The translations under genes and the position numbers were made by a program. Source: a virus. Taken from it: DNA of 64,000 nucleotides. Under the pieces are notes generated by a model. That model had not been told where the DNA came from. It saw only the letters and a list, made by a program, of their open reading frames with translations, and did not search any database. Position 1 is the stretch's first letter; every line of letters starts with the position of its first letter. The stretch spans positions 64,001 to 128,000 of IMG/VR virus record IMGVR_UViG_3300035670_000033; one strand, given 5' to 3'. This document shows, piece after piece, positions 44,832-52,663 of this stretch.

Positions 44832-45965
44832 TTGACTCGTCAACGACTGTTCCTAGACACTTCTTGTGTTGATGCCGCTCGCGAGCGGTTGCGCCATGTT
44901 TATGACACTTTTGACACTGTCTGCTATCAATTCTCTGGAGGCAAAGACAGTACTGCGATCATTTATTTGGCAAAAGAAATACATGAAGAACGAAACCTAG
45001 GAAAAGTAAAGGTTATTTTTCGTGACGAAGAAATGGTCAGTCCGTCTGTTGTTAGTTTTGTTGAAAAAGTTCGCCAATACGATTGGGTTGATATGGAATG
45101 GTATTGCCTTCCATCAGGTCAAGAGATTTGGGTTTTGGGTAGACGAGAGTATGTTTTGCTGTGGTCGCCTCAACGAAAAGCAGAAGGTCGTTTAGTTAGA
45201 GAAATGCCTGAATGGGCTATTAGGGCTGAACACTTTGGTTTAGATCCATCTAAGCCTTGCCCGAATCTTGTTGACTATTACACGATGCAAGGCAAAAAGG
45301 GTAGGACTGCTTTTGTTATGGGTGTCAGAGCGAACGAGTCAATGGTTAGGTATCGCTCATGCGTACAAAAATTGCATGAAAACTATATTGTTTCCCCGTT
45401 CTTGTTGCAAAAATCAATCCCATTAAAATTTGCGAAAGTCATTTACGATTGGACAACCGAAGATGTTCTCAAATTCATTATTGATGAACATAAAGCGGAG
45501 TACTGCGAATATTATGATTTGGCTGAACTAACAGGTAGCAATAGCCGTGTTGGTATCCCGTTGCATTCTGTTGCCATTCGCAGGATCGGTGATGTTGTCG
45601 CTACCGAACCCGAGTTCTACGATCAACTTGTTCGCTGTTTCCCTCAAATAGATGCACAACGCAGATATTGGGCTGATTTTGATATTGAATCTTTGATTTC
45701 CAATTATGCAGTCAACGGGTGGGATGGTGTTTCGGACTGTATTGATGACCATATGCTCACACCGGGGATGCGTTTAGATGCGCTGAAATTTGCTTCTGCT
45801 TTTCGTAAAAAACGAGTAGTTGACCCATATGGTTTTCCACTTGAGTATCTGATAAGAACTTTGCTTCTTAACGAATTCCATCAGTCAACACCAACGCCTG
45901 TCGGTCCTAAAACAAGGGCTCACACTATGAGGTTGAAGGCGATTGAAGCGGGGGACGATTACTAG
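44832..45965 (+). CDS. PAPS-reductase-family PP-loop protein (YbdN/IbrA-like)
   Basis: FSGGKDS PP-loop, IFRDEE, GVRANES, IYDWTTEDV, RVGIP...EPEFY; TTG start. Confidence 0.8.
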   Translation: MTRQRLFLDTSCVDAARERLRHVYDTFDTVCYQFSGGKDSTAIIYLAKEIHEERNLGKVKVIFRDEEMVSPSVVSFVEKVRQYDWVDMEWYCLPSGQEIWVLGRREYVLLWSPQRKAEGRLVREMPEWAIRAEHFGLDPSKPCPNLVDYYTMQGKKGRTAFVMGVRANESMVRYRSCVQKLHENYIVSPFLLQKSIPLKFAKVIYDWTTEDVLKFIIDEHKAEYCEYYDLAELTGSNSRVGIPLHSVAIRRIGDVVATEPEFYDQLVRCFPQIDAQRRYWADFDIESLISNYAVNGWDGVSDCIDDHMLTPGMRLDALKFASAFRKKRVVDPYGFPLEYLIRTLLLNEFHQSTPTPVGPKTRAHTMRLKAIEAGDDY

Positions 45966-46469
45966 ATGGCTTTCAATTATGTTGAGTCGTTTCATATTGG
46001 TGGATTTTGGTCTAAGGAAGTTGCAAAAGTTTTGAATGGGCGTGGAGTGAGGTGTGTTGCTCCTGATGTCAAGATCGCTAAAAATAATCATGAGCGTGAT
46101 GAAATGACGAAGTTTGAGAAAGACATTATTTTTGATTGGACAGATAAATGTCTTGAAGTCAAATCTTCAACACGAGAGTTTACTGATGATGTTTTTCAAT
46201 ATCCTTTTGAATCTTTATTTGTTGACACTGTTTCGGGATATGACGCCAAGGTTGACAAACCTCTTGCTTATGTTTTGATTTCGCAGAAAACCCGTGGGAT
46301 TGTTTGTATTTCACCTAAAACTTATGACAAGTGGAGAAAGGTGAACACCTTTGACCATAAGAGGGAAATCATGGAATGGTTTTATAGTGCCCCTAAAGGT
46401 GTTCTGCAACCTTTTGATTCTTTGGTTAATCATCTCATTAAAATTCAGAACGAAAGCGATGGCTGGTAA
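45966..46469 (+). CDS. Possible PD-(D/E)XK nuclease
   Basis: EKDII...CLEVKS (D...ExK). Confidence 0.45.
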   Translation: MAFNYVESFHIGGFWSKEVAKVLNGRGVRCVAPDVKIAKNNHERDEMTKFEKDIIFDWTDKCLEVKSSTREFTDDVFQYPFESLFVDTVSGYDAKVDKPLAYVLISQKTRGIVCISPKTYDKWRKVNTFDHKREIMEWFYSAPKGVLQPFDSLVNHLIKIQNESDGW

Positions 46470-47017
46470 TGGAAATATCTTTTGTAGACAACAAGCAACT
46501 CAAGATCCCTTCGTGGGGGGTGACTAGTATTTTGCGACCCGAGAAGATGCTCCTTAAGGCTTCAATGGTTGATTATGGGTGGATACAGCCAATAGTTGTC
46601 AAGTCTTCTGACAACATGATCATTGACGGCTATCAAAGGTATTTGATATCCATTGACGACGACAAGTTTCTCAAAAAGCACGGGAGTTTGGTCCCTGTCA
46701 TTTACAAAAACGTAGATGAAGTTGAAGCGATGGTTTTACATATTCGTTTGAACCGTGCGCGTGGTGTTGTGAATTCGTATGCGCTCAGCCGTGCTGTTAA
46801 AAGGTTGGTTTCATCAGGGAAATATGAAGAAGATGATTTATCTAATTTGTTTCTGATGCATGATGATGAAATTGATTTGCTTATGTCGGATGGGCTTTTG
46901 AAGAAGAAGAACTGGCAAAAATACGAGTATTCTCGCGCATGGGTGCCGATTGAGGTTGCAAAACCAGTCGCAGAGGAAACTGTGACCATTGAGCGTCCAC
47001 CGAATAGAGATCGCTAA
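46469..47017 (+). CDS. ParB-like protein (YbdM/IbrB-like)
   Basis: LLKASMVDYGWIQPIVV...IIDGYQRY...HIRLNRARG. Confidence 0.8.
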   Translation: MEISFVDNKQLKIPSWGVTSILRPEKMLLKASMVDYGWIQPIVVKSSDNMIIDGYQRYLISIDDDKFLKKHGSLVPVIYKNVDEVEAMVLHIRLNRARGVVNSYALSRAVKRLVSSGKYEEDDLSNLFLMHDDEIDLLMSDGLLKKKNWQKYEYSRAWVPIEVAKPVAEETVTIERPPNRDR

Positions 47018-47075
47018 ATATTGCCGATACTCCATATGTGGTAAAATCCGAGTAGCCCTTTTTAGGAGAATACTC

Positions 47076-47483
47076 ATGCCACGACCAAGAATGACGGAAG
47101 ATGTTGAGTTCCGCACAGATGTAGACACTGCTGGCGATGTTGTTCGCCGCGCTCGTTTTGTTCGTCGTCGTCGTCGTGTGGGTGGTCGTAATGTGCCCGG
47201 AAATGCTCGGTATTACCGTCGCCGTCAGGCAGAACTCAACGCGGCGAGGCGTCAACGCCGTGGCGCTGTAGCAGGTGCTCGTAACGCCGCTCGTCGTGGT
47301 CGTGCCGCTGAAAGAACAGCGCGAGGCGCAGGTCGTGCAGGTCGTAACGCTGGCAATTCACGCACCGTAACCCCTCGGGCGACTCAGGGGGCAACTCGTC
47401 GTGGCGGAATCAGGGGAGCGTTGGCTCGGGTAGCAAGAGCAGCCGCCAACAGGCTTGAGAGACGCCGTAATAGTCGTCGCTAA
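47076..47483 (+). CDS. Arg-rich protamine-like protein
   Basis: AGGAGA SD then MPRPRM...; about 41 Arg in 135 aa and no Lys (hand count). Confidence 0.65.
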   Translation: MPRPRMTEDVEFRTDVDTAGDVVRRARFVRRRRRVGGRNVPGNARYYRRRQAELNAARRQRRGAVAGARNAARRGRAAERTARGAGRAGRNAGNSRTVTPRATQGATRRGGIRGALARVARAAANRLERRRNSRR

Positions 47484-47499
47484 TAATCGGAGGTAACCG

Positions 47500-48375
47500 A
47501 TGGCTTTGGTGACGGTTTCTGAACTGAAGACTTACATGGATATTAGTTTTTCTAATAGACAAGAAGACGCTGCTCAATTTGTGATTGATGGTCTTCAAAG
47601 CGAGTTGGAAACATATTTGCGACGACCAATTGAAGTTGATTCTTTCGTGGAAACACATGTTCTTGAATCTGATCATGTTGGCTTGCCTATGAGTTCAAGT
47701 CTTTTCAATGACGTTTATAACGCAACAGATATTGATCCTGTTGGAATAGTTACATTCGGTACCCCGCCTCCAACGATCTATTTGCTTAACTCTCCCGTCA
47801 TATCTGTGCAGAGCGTCACTATAAAAAATCTCTCTCAGGCACAACAGGTTTTGGGTGAGGCACTGAAAAGGACCGCAACTGTAACAGGGGCAACTGTTAC
47901 TTCAACAACTGTTACTTATACTGCCTCAAACCATGGTTTCACGATCGGTCAAAATGTTTCTGTAACAGGAATGAGTAATTCTCAAATTAATTTGGCATCA
48001 AAAATTATTTCCGCTGTAACTTCATCAACTTTTGTGGTTGAACAAACTGGTTTGACTACAGGAACTTTTACTCAAACGGGTACAGCGGACGCAACAGGGT
48101 ATGACTATACGGTTCGTAAATATGGAATTGATTTTTATCGTGGGTATGCAAATGACAATGTCACCGTCACCTATACTGCTGGTCTCGCTGGAGATGGAAT
48201 ACCAATGTTTAAACTCATGATTCTTCGCGCCGCTGCTCGTGAAGTTCAAAACATGCATGACGATGTTGTGGGTATCAAGGATCTTGGTGCTCGTGAAGTA
48301 GCCCTTCAGGAAACAGGGTTTTTGGAGAAAGAATTGATGGCTGTGAAACGGTGGCGCAGAAACAGGATTGGGTAG
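47500..48375 (+). CDS. Head-tail adaptor (gp6/gp15-like) with inserted beta domain
   Basis: LVTVSELKTYM...ETYLRRP; VTVTYTAG...KLMILRAAAR; T/V-rich insertion. Confidence 0.75.
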   Translation: MALVTVSELKTYMDISFSNRQEDAAQFVIDGLQSELETYLRRPIEVDSFVETHVLESDHVGLPMSSSLFNDVYNATDIDPVGIVTFGTPPPTIYLLNSPVISVQSVTIKNLSQAQQVLGEALKRTATVTGATVTSTTVTYTASNHGFTIGQNVSVTGMSNSQINLASKIISAVTSSTFVVEQTGLTTGTFTQTGTADATGYDYTVRKYGIDFYRGYANDNVTVTYTAGLAGDGIPMFKLMILRAAAREVQNMHDDVVGIKDLGAREVALQETGFLEKELMAVKRWRRNRIG

Positions 48376-48378
48376 ATA

Positions 48379-48843
48379 ATGGCAAGTGACCTGAAAATAA
48401 AAATAAAGGTTGATGCCCGCGCCGCCATAGCGAGAATGAAAGCGATGGAGCGACGCTCAATGGATTTTCGTCCTGTTTTCAAATGGGCTAAACGAGAGTT
48501 GCAAAGAGCGAACGCAGCGAACTTTACTGCGAATGGTTTACCTGTTGGTGGATGGTCTCCGTTGAAGCCTCGTTACGCGGCTTGGAAGGCAACAAGATTC
48601 CCCGGTGCACCGACTTTGGTTATGTCTGGAAAACTATTTCGTGAATTACGCTCTCTTGATGGTCCTGCGAATAGTGTCGGTTTGAAGAAGGCTACTTTTG
48701 GTACTGATGTTGAGTACGCAAAGTTTCATCAATATGGAACCACGAATATGGCGAAACGGCAGATAGTTTATGAGCCAACTGGTTTTGCTGAGAGGCTCGC
48801 AATAATTGCTGCCGACTATGTCACTGACGGGCGGGTGCGCTAA
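48379..48843 (+). CDS. Virion morphogenesis (Mu gpG-like) neck protein
   Basis: W.PL.P.Y...K...L..SG.L...FGTDVEYAKFHQYGT..M..R. Confidence 0.78.
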   Translation: MASDLKIKIKVDARAAIARMKAMERRSMDFRPVFKWAKRELQRANAANFTANGLPVGGWSPLKPRYAAWKATRFPGAPTLVMSGKLFRELRSLDGPANSVGLKKATFGTDVEYAKFHQYGTTNMAKRQIVYEPTGFAERLAIIAADYVTDGRVR

Positions 48844-49455
48844 ATGTCTACCCCTGTAACAGATTTGATGCATGGCGCACAGTGGGCTAAGTATTATGTC
48901 AACAATTATTTGATTAGTGATTTGCCGAACAGAATGAACCGTTACCGTTCAGGTTGGAACCTTGACTCAAACGAACTTCCAACACCCGAGTTCTTCTTAA
49001 CCTATGAGCCAATCGCGCTTGACCACTGGCCGACAATTATCACCGTATGTTTATCCACTTCGCCTTTTGAGCGAATGATGCAGGGTCTTCAAGGCGATCC
49101 CATCTATCGTGTCACCTACAGTATGCGCACATACATTTGGACGAAAACCGAAGGTTCCGAAGAAGTGACACTGATGCGAGATAGGTTGACAACTGTTGTC
49201 AGGTCGGCGTTGATGGATAAGCCCTGTCTGACACGGTATGACAGCACCCTTGACACCGAAGTAATGGTTGAGGAATCATCTATTCGTGAAGAGTTTTCTG
49301 ATTTAACTCTCATAAAAGGTGACCGCGTATTAGCGGGAGCATATTTAGGCTATGATTTAATATTGAACGAAGTCATTTATAGAGATCAAATTGCGGCTAT
49401 AACTGGCTACAACATTGAAAACTACAACATGCGCAACACAGGAGCAACGTACTAA
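48844..49455 (+). CDS. Tail terminator/completion-like protein
   Basis: Position between neck and sheath genes; WPTII motif. Confidence 0.55.
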   Translation: MSTPVTDLMHGAQWAKYYVNNYLISDLPNRMNRYRSGWNLDSNELPTPEFFLTYEPIALDHWPTIITVCLSTSPFERMMQGLQGDPIYRVTYSMRTYIWTKTEGSEEVTLMRDRLTTVVRSALMDKPCLTRYDSTLDTEVMVEESSIREEFSDLTLIKGDRVLAGAYLGYDLILNEVIYRDQIAAITGYNIENYNMRNTGATY

Positions 49456-49820
49456 TGGAGCCAAATTACGGCAAAACGGGTTCTAAGGGCACTATTCGTG
49501 TCTGGAATACAACCAATGGCTACCTTGACGTATCTGAGGAAGGACACCTCCTTCAAGGACAAACCGCTGCATGGGTGGAAGAAACTTCAGAAATAGTTTC
49601 CCTGATTGAACAAGGACTATTAGAAGTGCTTGAAGGTCAAGTAAGCGTAAGCACACAAACCTCTTCCGCTGAAATGCCAAAAAAAAAGAAGTCATCCCCA
49701 TTAGCAGGGGAAACATCCAGCAATTCGGAAACAGACGATCAAGTTGCTGTGGACGACGATAAAAAAGATGAAAAAGAATCAACCCAATCAAATAATGATG
49801 TTTCTGTTGAGACAGTTTAA
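49455..49820 (+). CDS. Small tail-associated protein
   Basis: Short beta domain plus charged tail, immediately before the sheath gene. Confidence 0.45.
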   Translation: MEPNYGKTGSKGTIRVWNTTNGYLDVSEEGHLLQGQTAAWVEETSEIVSLIEQGLLEVLEGQVSVSTQTSSAEMPKKKKSSPLAGETSSNSETDDQVAVDDDKKDEKESTQSNNDVSVETV

Positions 49821-49873
49821 GTAATGTATACTCGTTTTACGGAAATTTCTTCAACTCAAATGGATGGTGCTAG

Positions 49874-51346
49874 ATGGCCGGAGTAACAATTACAACAGCA
49901 GTTCGCACGGGCGCTGTCAATGTGGGAACCGCACCCGCAGCGAAATTTTTCCTTTTGGGAACAGCCGAGCGCGGAAAAGGTTCCGTAGCGGTCGCTGTAA
50001 CTTCGCTTGAAGATTTTGAAGACAAATTCGGAGTACATGTAAGCGGTTCGTACTCGTGGTACTCAATGAAGACCTTCTTTGAAGAAGGTGGTGTTGAGGC
50101 TTACTTTGTTAAAGTTGACGCCGACGCTGGCGTTGCGGCAACGAAAGCACTAACAAGCGCAACCTCCGCAGGACCTGGTGTAACTTTTACAGCAGTAAGT
50201 AAAGGCGCTTGGGGTAACACGGCAACATTTGTGGTAACCAACAACACAACCACTTTTGACCTGACGATCTCGTATGACACTAGCGGAGCAACCATTTTTT
50301 CTGGCACGGGCTACACCTCGCTTACCGAATTGGTTGAAGCAGCGAATGCAGATACGACACTGGCGAACTACTACACCTGCGCCCTGACATCTGGTGCAGA
50401 TGCTTCACACCTTTTGGCGACATCTGCTTCTTCTTCAGCAACTAACGGCGCGGACGGAACAGTGGCGAAATCAGATTTCATTAGCGCGATTTCTTTGTTC
50501 ACCGAAGATCTCGGTTCAGGGGCAGTTGCGGCACCGGGTGTCGCTACAGGCTCTTCTGATGCGGCTTTGTATGATGCTCTTCGCACGCATGCCGTTTCAT
50601 ATAACCGTATTGCGCTTTGTGGTTTCGCTTCATCTGCGACACTTGCTCAGGCACGCTCCGCTTCAACGGGATACACGGGAACGACTTCACACGAATATAT
50701 GGCTTTCTACCATCCATGGGTGCAAATCCCTAATGGTTCAGTAACCGTTGACATACCAGCAGAAGCATATGTAGCCGCTGTCCGTTCACGCACACACAAC
50801 GCAGTTGGTGCTTGGAAGGCTTACGCAGGTGTTGCTTCTGAAGCAAAATTCGTAACAGGTATCACATTACCTGTAAGCAGAAGCGATGCGGATCTAATGG
50901 ATGCATCGTATGTCAACCCATTGCGTATCATCAACGGTCGTGTCCGCATCTATGGTGCTCGTTCACACTCATCGGTTGTTGCTCAATGGCGTTTCATTAC
51001 TGCCCGCGACACAATCAACTACATCAATGTTGAGGCAAACAACCGTCTAGAGGATCTCGTGTTCTCAACCATTGACGGACGAAGCACCCTTTACGCAAAC
51101 ATCATCAACGCAATTCAATCCGTTGTTGAACCGATTCGCATTAACGGTGGCTTCTACGAAGGCTTCGCCGCTGATGGTCGCCGTATTGACTACGGTTACA
51201 CAATCAAGTGTGATGCTTCTTTGAACCCGCTGTCACAACTTGAAGCAGGAACAGTTAAGGCAAGACTTGGTGTTCGCGTCTCAAGTATCGGCGACAAAAT
51301 TGAAGTTGATCTCATCAAGTCAAATCTAACAACTGCTTTGGCATAA
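49874..51346 (+). CDS. Contractile tail sheath protein
   Basis: MAGVTIT..., SLEDFEDKFG, AFYHPWV, VNPLRII...RIYGARS, W.FI..R, VSSIGDKI. Confidence 0.88.
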   Translation: MAGVTITTAVRTGAVNVGTAPAAKFFLLGTAERGKGSVAVAVTSLEDFEDKFGVHVSGSYSWYSMKTFFEEGGVEAYFVKVDADAGVAATKALTSATSAGPGVTFTAVSKGAWGNTATFVVTNNTTTFDLTISYDTSGATIFSGTGYTSLTELVEAANADTTLANYYTCALTSGADASHLLATSASSSATNGADGTVAKSDFISAISLFTEDLGSGAVAAPGVATGSSDAALYDALRTHAVSYNRIALCGFASSATLAQARSASTGYTGTTSHEYMAFYHPWVQIPNGSVTVDIPAEAYVAAVRSRTHNAVGAWKAYAGVASEAKFVTGITLPVSRSDADLMDASYVNPLRIINGRVRIYGARSHSSVVAQWRFITARDTINYINVEANNRLEDLVFSTIDGRSTLYANIINAIQSVVEPIRINGGFYEGFAADGRRIDYGYTIKCDASLNPLSQLEAGTVKARLGVRVSSIGDKIEVDLIKSNLTTALA

Positions 51347-51357
51347 CGGAGGAATAA

Positions 51358-51837
51358 ATGGCTCGTCCACAACTGTTCAAGAATCTTGCTACACAACGCC
51401 AAATTGTTGGTAAGATCACGCCATCGCAAGGCACCGTTGGTCTCCCAACATTCCCTGACTATTTCACACAGATCTCTGGTGGAGAAATCACGGCATCGGT
51501 TGAGAAGGTGTATCACGGTGGAGACTTGTTCTCAGAAACTCTTTGTGCCCCAATGGAAATTGGCGACATCACCGTAACGGGATATGTGTCAACTGATAGT
51601 GCGTTTATGCAGAAGATTCAGGCTTTGCGTCCAGTTGTTGGTCGTGTCCGTTACGACATTGATGTTCATGTTTTTGACTGTGATATTGCTGTTCCTGGTG
51701 CTGACCGTCAGTACACCAACGCTCTTCTTGTTGGTTTGACCGAACCAGACGGTGATGCCACCTCGGGAACTCCAGCGACTTTCACGCTGACATTCAGTGT
51801 CGCTACCGTTTCTGTGGGTAACACGCCACAAGCATAA
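51358..51837 (+). CDS. Tail tube protein
   Basis: 159 aa directly after the sheath; FTQISGG...GDITVT...TLTFSV. Confidence 0.75.
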   Translation: MARPQLFKNLATQRQIVGKITPSQGTVGLPTFPDYFTQISGGEITASVEKVYHGGDLFSETLCAPMEIGDITVTGYVSTDSAFMQKIQALRPVVGRVRYDIDVHVFDCDIAVPGADRQYTNALLVGLTEPDGDATSGTPATFTLTFSVATVSVGNTPQA

Positions 51838-51851
51838 TCACCCTTTTATTC

Positions 51852-51894
51852 GGGGTTGCATTTTGGTGGTTGAAGCCGTGTTAGTGTTGCGTCC
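51852..51894 (+). promoter_or_regulatory. Putative late promoter GGGGTTGCAT-N20-TAGTGT, leaderless start
   Basis: TTGCAT 51856-51861, TAGTGT 51882-51887, ATG 51895. Confidence 0.5.
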
Positions 51895-52443
51895 ATGACC
51901 AACATTCAATTCAATTCAGAAGATAGTACGAGTTTCACTACTTCGGCAGTGCCAATGTCTCGTCGTGTGGATAGTACGACTGCGGAACCAGACAATGTTT
52001 TGGACAGTTTGAAGAAAGTTATTCAAGACAAGGTTCGCCGCGGTGATGTCTATATTCCAATCCCAGAGCGACCCGGTGTCATGATTCGTGTATCACCAAA
52101 CATCTCCCAAGCGCAACTTAAGAGTTGGCGTCGTAACGCTGGCGAGGAGCGCAAGGGCGGAATGGACACATTGAAGTTCTCAACTAATCTCATCGCCGCG
52201 ACAACTACAGGCATTTTGCTTAACGAAGTTGTTGCTACTGATGACAATGGTGTTGAAGTAACTTTTGCTTCGCCTGAGATCATGGCTATGACTAACACTT
52301 CGCGACCACACCCTGACTGCGTTTTGGCTTTCTTCGGTTTGGAACCTCATGTTGAAGCAGCGGCTGTAGCGATCATTGAGGCTGCTGGTTATGGAGACAA
52401 TGTGGACGCATTGGACCCTACGAAGAGGTCTTCCGAGAGTTAA
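51895..52443 (+). CDS. Tail assembly chaperone (gpG-like)
   Basis: Between tube and tape measure; ends ...ALDPTKRSSES*. Confidence 0.7.
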   Translation: MTNIQFNSEDSTSFTTSAVPMSRRVDSTTAEPDNVLDSLKKVIQDKVRRGDVYIPIPERPGVMIRVSPNISQAQLKSWRRNAGEERKGGMDTLKFSTNLIAATTTGILLNEVVATDDNGVEVTFASPEIMAMTNTSRPHPDCVLAFFGLEPHVEAAAVAIIEAAGYGDNVDALDPTKRSSES

Positions 52444-52616
52444 CGGACGATTTCCGCGTAATTTTAGCGGCGAGGCTTGGAGACCTCTTCAAAACCGATC
52501 CAATACAACTCTTGAACAGCACTACAGAAGAATGGATTATTCGTCTTGCTTGTGCTAAAGTTATACAGACGGATAGAGAAAAACAGGAAGCAGAACAACG
52601 AAGAAATTCTCGTTGA
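52417..52616 (+). CDS. Frameshifted chaperone extension (gpGT-like, -1 frame)
   Basis: The -1 frame is open 52380-52616 (…PYEEVFRELTDDFRVILAARLGDLFKTDPIQLL...RRNSR*) with no start codon before the protein-like part; candidate slip GAC-CCT-ACG at 52414-52422. Confidence 0.6.
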
Positions 52617-52663
52617 TTTGCTGGAGCGCTCATATTCATAACCCTTAAAACGGAGATGGATGT

